A stretch of DNA of 35,194 bases from a virus (Duplodnaviria > Caudoviricetes). The notes beneath the pieces were generated by a model. That model was not told the origin of the DNA and searched no databases. It saw nothing but the letters and a program-made list of their open reading frames with translations. Shown here piece after piece: positions 33,017 through 35,194 of the stretch (positions are counted from its first letter, which is position 1; the number at the start of each line of letters is the position of its first letter). The stretch is taken from positions 1 through 35,194 of the IMG/VR virus record IMGVR_UViG_3300022741_000065; one strand, 5' to 3'. A program made the position numbers and the translations under genes.

Positions 33017-33489
33017 CAGATCAACTCGACGGTGTTGCGGGCGCGGCCGGCGATGTCGCTGATCGCCCAGCGCGTGTCGCGGCGCAGCTCTTCAACGGTG
33101 GGGGTGAGCTTCTCTGCGTTGAGGTGGCCTTCGTTGGTGGTGTCGTAGTCGCGCATGCGCTCCACCAGCTCGGCCGAGGCCCAGCAGCGCACGGCGCGCA
33201 GGTAGCGGTGGACGTTGGCGGGGAGACCGTCGATTTCCTGCAGCCCGCGCACCGGCACCTCGGCCAGGGTGGTGTAGCCGGTGGCCTGCCAGCCTTCGAT
33301 GTGGTCGGCGAGCTGGTCGGCGACGTGGGCGATGCCTTCCACCAGCGCGGCGCGCAGGCGCTCGGGGGTGACGGTGCCGTCGATGCGCATCGCGGCGCGG
33401 GCGGCGGCCACGTCGATGGCCGGCAGGAAGGGGCCGGCGCTGATGGTGGCTTCAGTCGGCGAGGTGGGCGGGACGGCGATGAAGGACAT
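33016..33489 (-). CDS. L: Head completion protein L
   Basis: RIDGTVTPERLR...Y.RAV...YDTT.EG...RWAISDI.G...VELI. Confidence 0.93.
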   Translation of the reverse strand: MSFIAVPPTSPTEATISAGPFLPAIDVAAARAAMRIDGTVTPERLRAALVEGIAHVADQLADHIEGWQATGYTTLAEVPVRGLQEIDGLPANVHRYLRAVRCWASAELVERMRDYDTTNEGHLNAEKLTPTVEELRRDTRWAISDIAGRARNTVELI

Positions 33490-33599
33490 GGGCCGGCTTC
33501 CGGGTGTGGGTGGGCGGTGGGGGGGCTACGGTCCAGAGAGAAGGAGGGGACTCTCGGGACTTTCACCCCCGCCGCCCGGCGCTGGGGGGCGCTCGGTGG

Positions 33600-34292
33600 T
33601 CAGCCCTCGCCGCCGGCGGCGCCGGCGTCGGGGGCTGCGTTCTTGATGGCGCGTTCGAGCAGCTCGATATCTCGCTTGACGCCGGCTTTGGCGTTGAGGG
33701 CGAGGGCTCGCTGCAGGGCGGCGATGGCGCCGGGCTTGTCGTCGAGGGCGCGCAGGGTGTAGCCGATGGCCTTGTAGAGCTTGGCGCGGGCCTCGTCCGG
33801 CATGTCATGCTCGGCGGTGATCTCAGCGACGCGTTGCAGGGCGGCCAGGTCGGGCAGCTGCTCGGCGGTGATCTGCTTGAGCGCGGTTTCGGCGAACTGC
33901 TCGGCGACGACGCACGGCAAGCCGCGGTGGTACTGGTCGGGCATGACCAGGGCGTGGCGCAGGGCGTATTCCGCCAGCGGCAGGGCGCCGGCGAGGTCGC
34001 CCACATCGATGCGCCACACCAGCACGGTGACCAGCACCTCGTCCTGCTGGCCGGTGTCGCCCTGCAGCACGCCCTCCACCCAGGGGGTGTAGGTGCCGAG
34101 GAATTCCCGCTTGGCGGCGAGCTTGTTGTCCAGGGACATGATCTGCTTGAGGCGGCGCCGGTGCTCGGTGAGCTGCAGCAGCTGCAGCTCGTAGGCGTTG
34201 GCGTTGGCGGTGTCCCGCGCATCCCCGCCCGCCGCGGGCTGGGCCTGGGCGGCGAGGGTGCGCAGGTAGTGGCGGCGGGCGGGCGACGTCAT
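33600..34292 (-). CDS. M: Terminase small subunit M
   Basis: MTSPARRH...QDEVL..V.VWRID.G...DMPDEARAKL.KAIG...GVKRDIE.LER. Confidence 0.93.
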   Translation of the reverse strand: MTSPARRHYLRTLAAQAQPAAGGDARDTANANAYELQLLQLTEHRRRLKQIMSLDNKLAAKREFLGTYTPWVEGVLQGDTGQQDEVLVTVLVWRIDVGDLAGALPLAEYALRHALVMPDQYHRGLPCVVAEQFAETALKQITAEQLPDLAALQRVAEITAEHDMPDEARAKLYKAIGYTLRALDDKPGAIAALQRALALNAKAGVKRDIELLERAIKNAAPDAGAAGGEG

Positions 34293-35194
34293 TGCGCGAA
34301 CTCGATGTTTTCCAGCAGGCAGCCGCAGCCGTAGTCCTCGACGACGTAGGCGTCGTTGCTGGATTCGTAGTTCTCGATGCGGTCGCGCTTGGGGTTCTCC
34401 ATGACGTGACGGCGGCGGGAGCCCTCTTGCCAGTACAGCGAGAGGTTATCCAGGCGGGTAACGAGGATGGTGCCCGCGGGGAAGTAGGGCACGCGCACCG
34501 CCGGCAGGTTGCCCACGCGCTTCTGGCTGATGAGCACGTCGGCGGCCATCCGTTCGCTGGGGGCTTGGTCAGCGTTGATGATGGGGAAGTACTTATCCGC
34601 CAGCAGATCGCGGCCGAGGAGGGCGACCAGGTCGGTGTCTTCCTGATACCAGGGCTCGATGAGGGCGTTGACCGCGTCGAACACCAGGGCGTCGATGTTC
34701 TTGTAGTCGGTGCCGGCTCCGGCGCCGATGGTGATCTTGCCGGCGGTGTTGCCTTCGCTCATGACACGCGCCGCGGCGCCGAGGCGGTACTTTTCCAGCC
34801 AGCCGATATTGACGTCCTGCAGCAGGGGGTTGGCGACCGGGTTGGAGGTCGCCGCGCGGGACGTGCCGTTCCAGCCGATCATGATGCGGTCCAGCCCCTG
34901 GCGCTTGAGGATGGCGTCGCGGATGCGGTTCTGGAAGTCGGGGAACTTGGCCCACATGTCCAGCTTGCCGTAGGTGATGTGGGTATCGGAGTTGGTCTGG
35001 GTGCAGTGGTAGCCCTGCGTATCCAGCGTGGTCAGATCGCGGGTATTGCGGTCGGTGGTGGCGGTGTTGGTGGTGCTGGCGGCGGGGCCGGCGATACCCA
35101 GGCCCAGCTTGTCGCCTTGTTGCTCGGTGACGGGGACGATGTTGATGCGGCCAAGGAAGTCGCTGGATTCCTGCATCTTGCTTTCCAGCCGCTG
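34289..35194 (-). CDS. N: Major capsid protein N (5' end outside the window)
   Basis: QESSDFL..INIVPV...LDRIMIGWNG...NPLLQDVNIGWL...NLSLYWQ...YVVEDY. Confidence 0.96.
   Translation of the reverse strand, partial: QRLESKMQESSDFLGRINIVPVTEQQGDKLGLGIAGPAASTTNTATTDRNTRDLTTLDTQGYHCTQTNSDTHITYGKLDMWAKFPDFQNRIRDAILKRQGLDRIMIGWNGTSRAATSNPVANPLLQDVNIGWLEKYRLGAAARVMSEGNTAGKITIGAGAGTDYKNIDALVFDAVNALIEPWYQEDTDLVALLGRDLLADKYFPIINADQAPSERMAADVLISQKRVGNLPAVRVPYFPAGTILVTRLDNLSLYWQEGSRRRHVMENPKRDRIENYESSNDAYVVEDYGCGCLLENIEFAQ

Larger units (their letters stand above)
1..35194. mobile_element. P2/phiCTX-like prophage (partial; head genes O/P/Q and att sites lie outside the window)
   Basis: Integrase at the left end and a P2-order late gene cluster (N-M-L-X-lysis-R-S-V-W-J-I-H-FI-FII-E-T-U-D), plus ogr and a cI/cro switch. 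Confidence 0.97.

Noticed and set aside
33490-33599. GC-rich structured spacer between M and L as a novel ncRNA
   Set aside because: A GC-rich intergenic stretch here is usual in P2-like phages, and nothing else supports a separate RNA

Overview
The window is most of a P2/phiCTX-like (Peduoviridae-type) temperate prophage of a high-GC Beta/Gammaproteobacterium; the host group is inferred from the CTGT-N8-ACAG LexA box. Nearly all genes lie on the minus strand. Left part: integrase, Xis-like gene, PAPS-reductase-like and ASCH-like genes, small early genes, a Zn-finger/TOPRIM/P-loop primase-helicase, ogr, cII-like, and a cro/cI switch with visible operators. Middle (about 11.4-15.4 kb): an accessory block with a LexA-box-controlled gene and a divergent anti-CRISPR locus. 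The locus has an AcrIF11-like gene plus a small DNA-binding gene on one side. On the other side are a solitary type I-C CRISPR-repeat-like element, three unknown genes and an aca4-like gene. Right part: the P2-type late region (D, U, T, E/E', FII, FI, H, I, J, W, V, S, R, lysis genes, X, L, M, partial N) with several insertions: an SGNH esterase followed by an extra late promoter, a Zn-finger gene, an orphan DNA methyltransferase and displaced holin-like genes. All family calls come from recalled motifs and gene order, not database searches.
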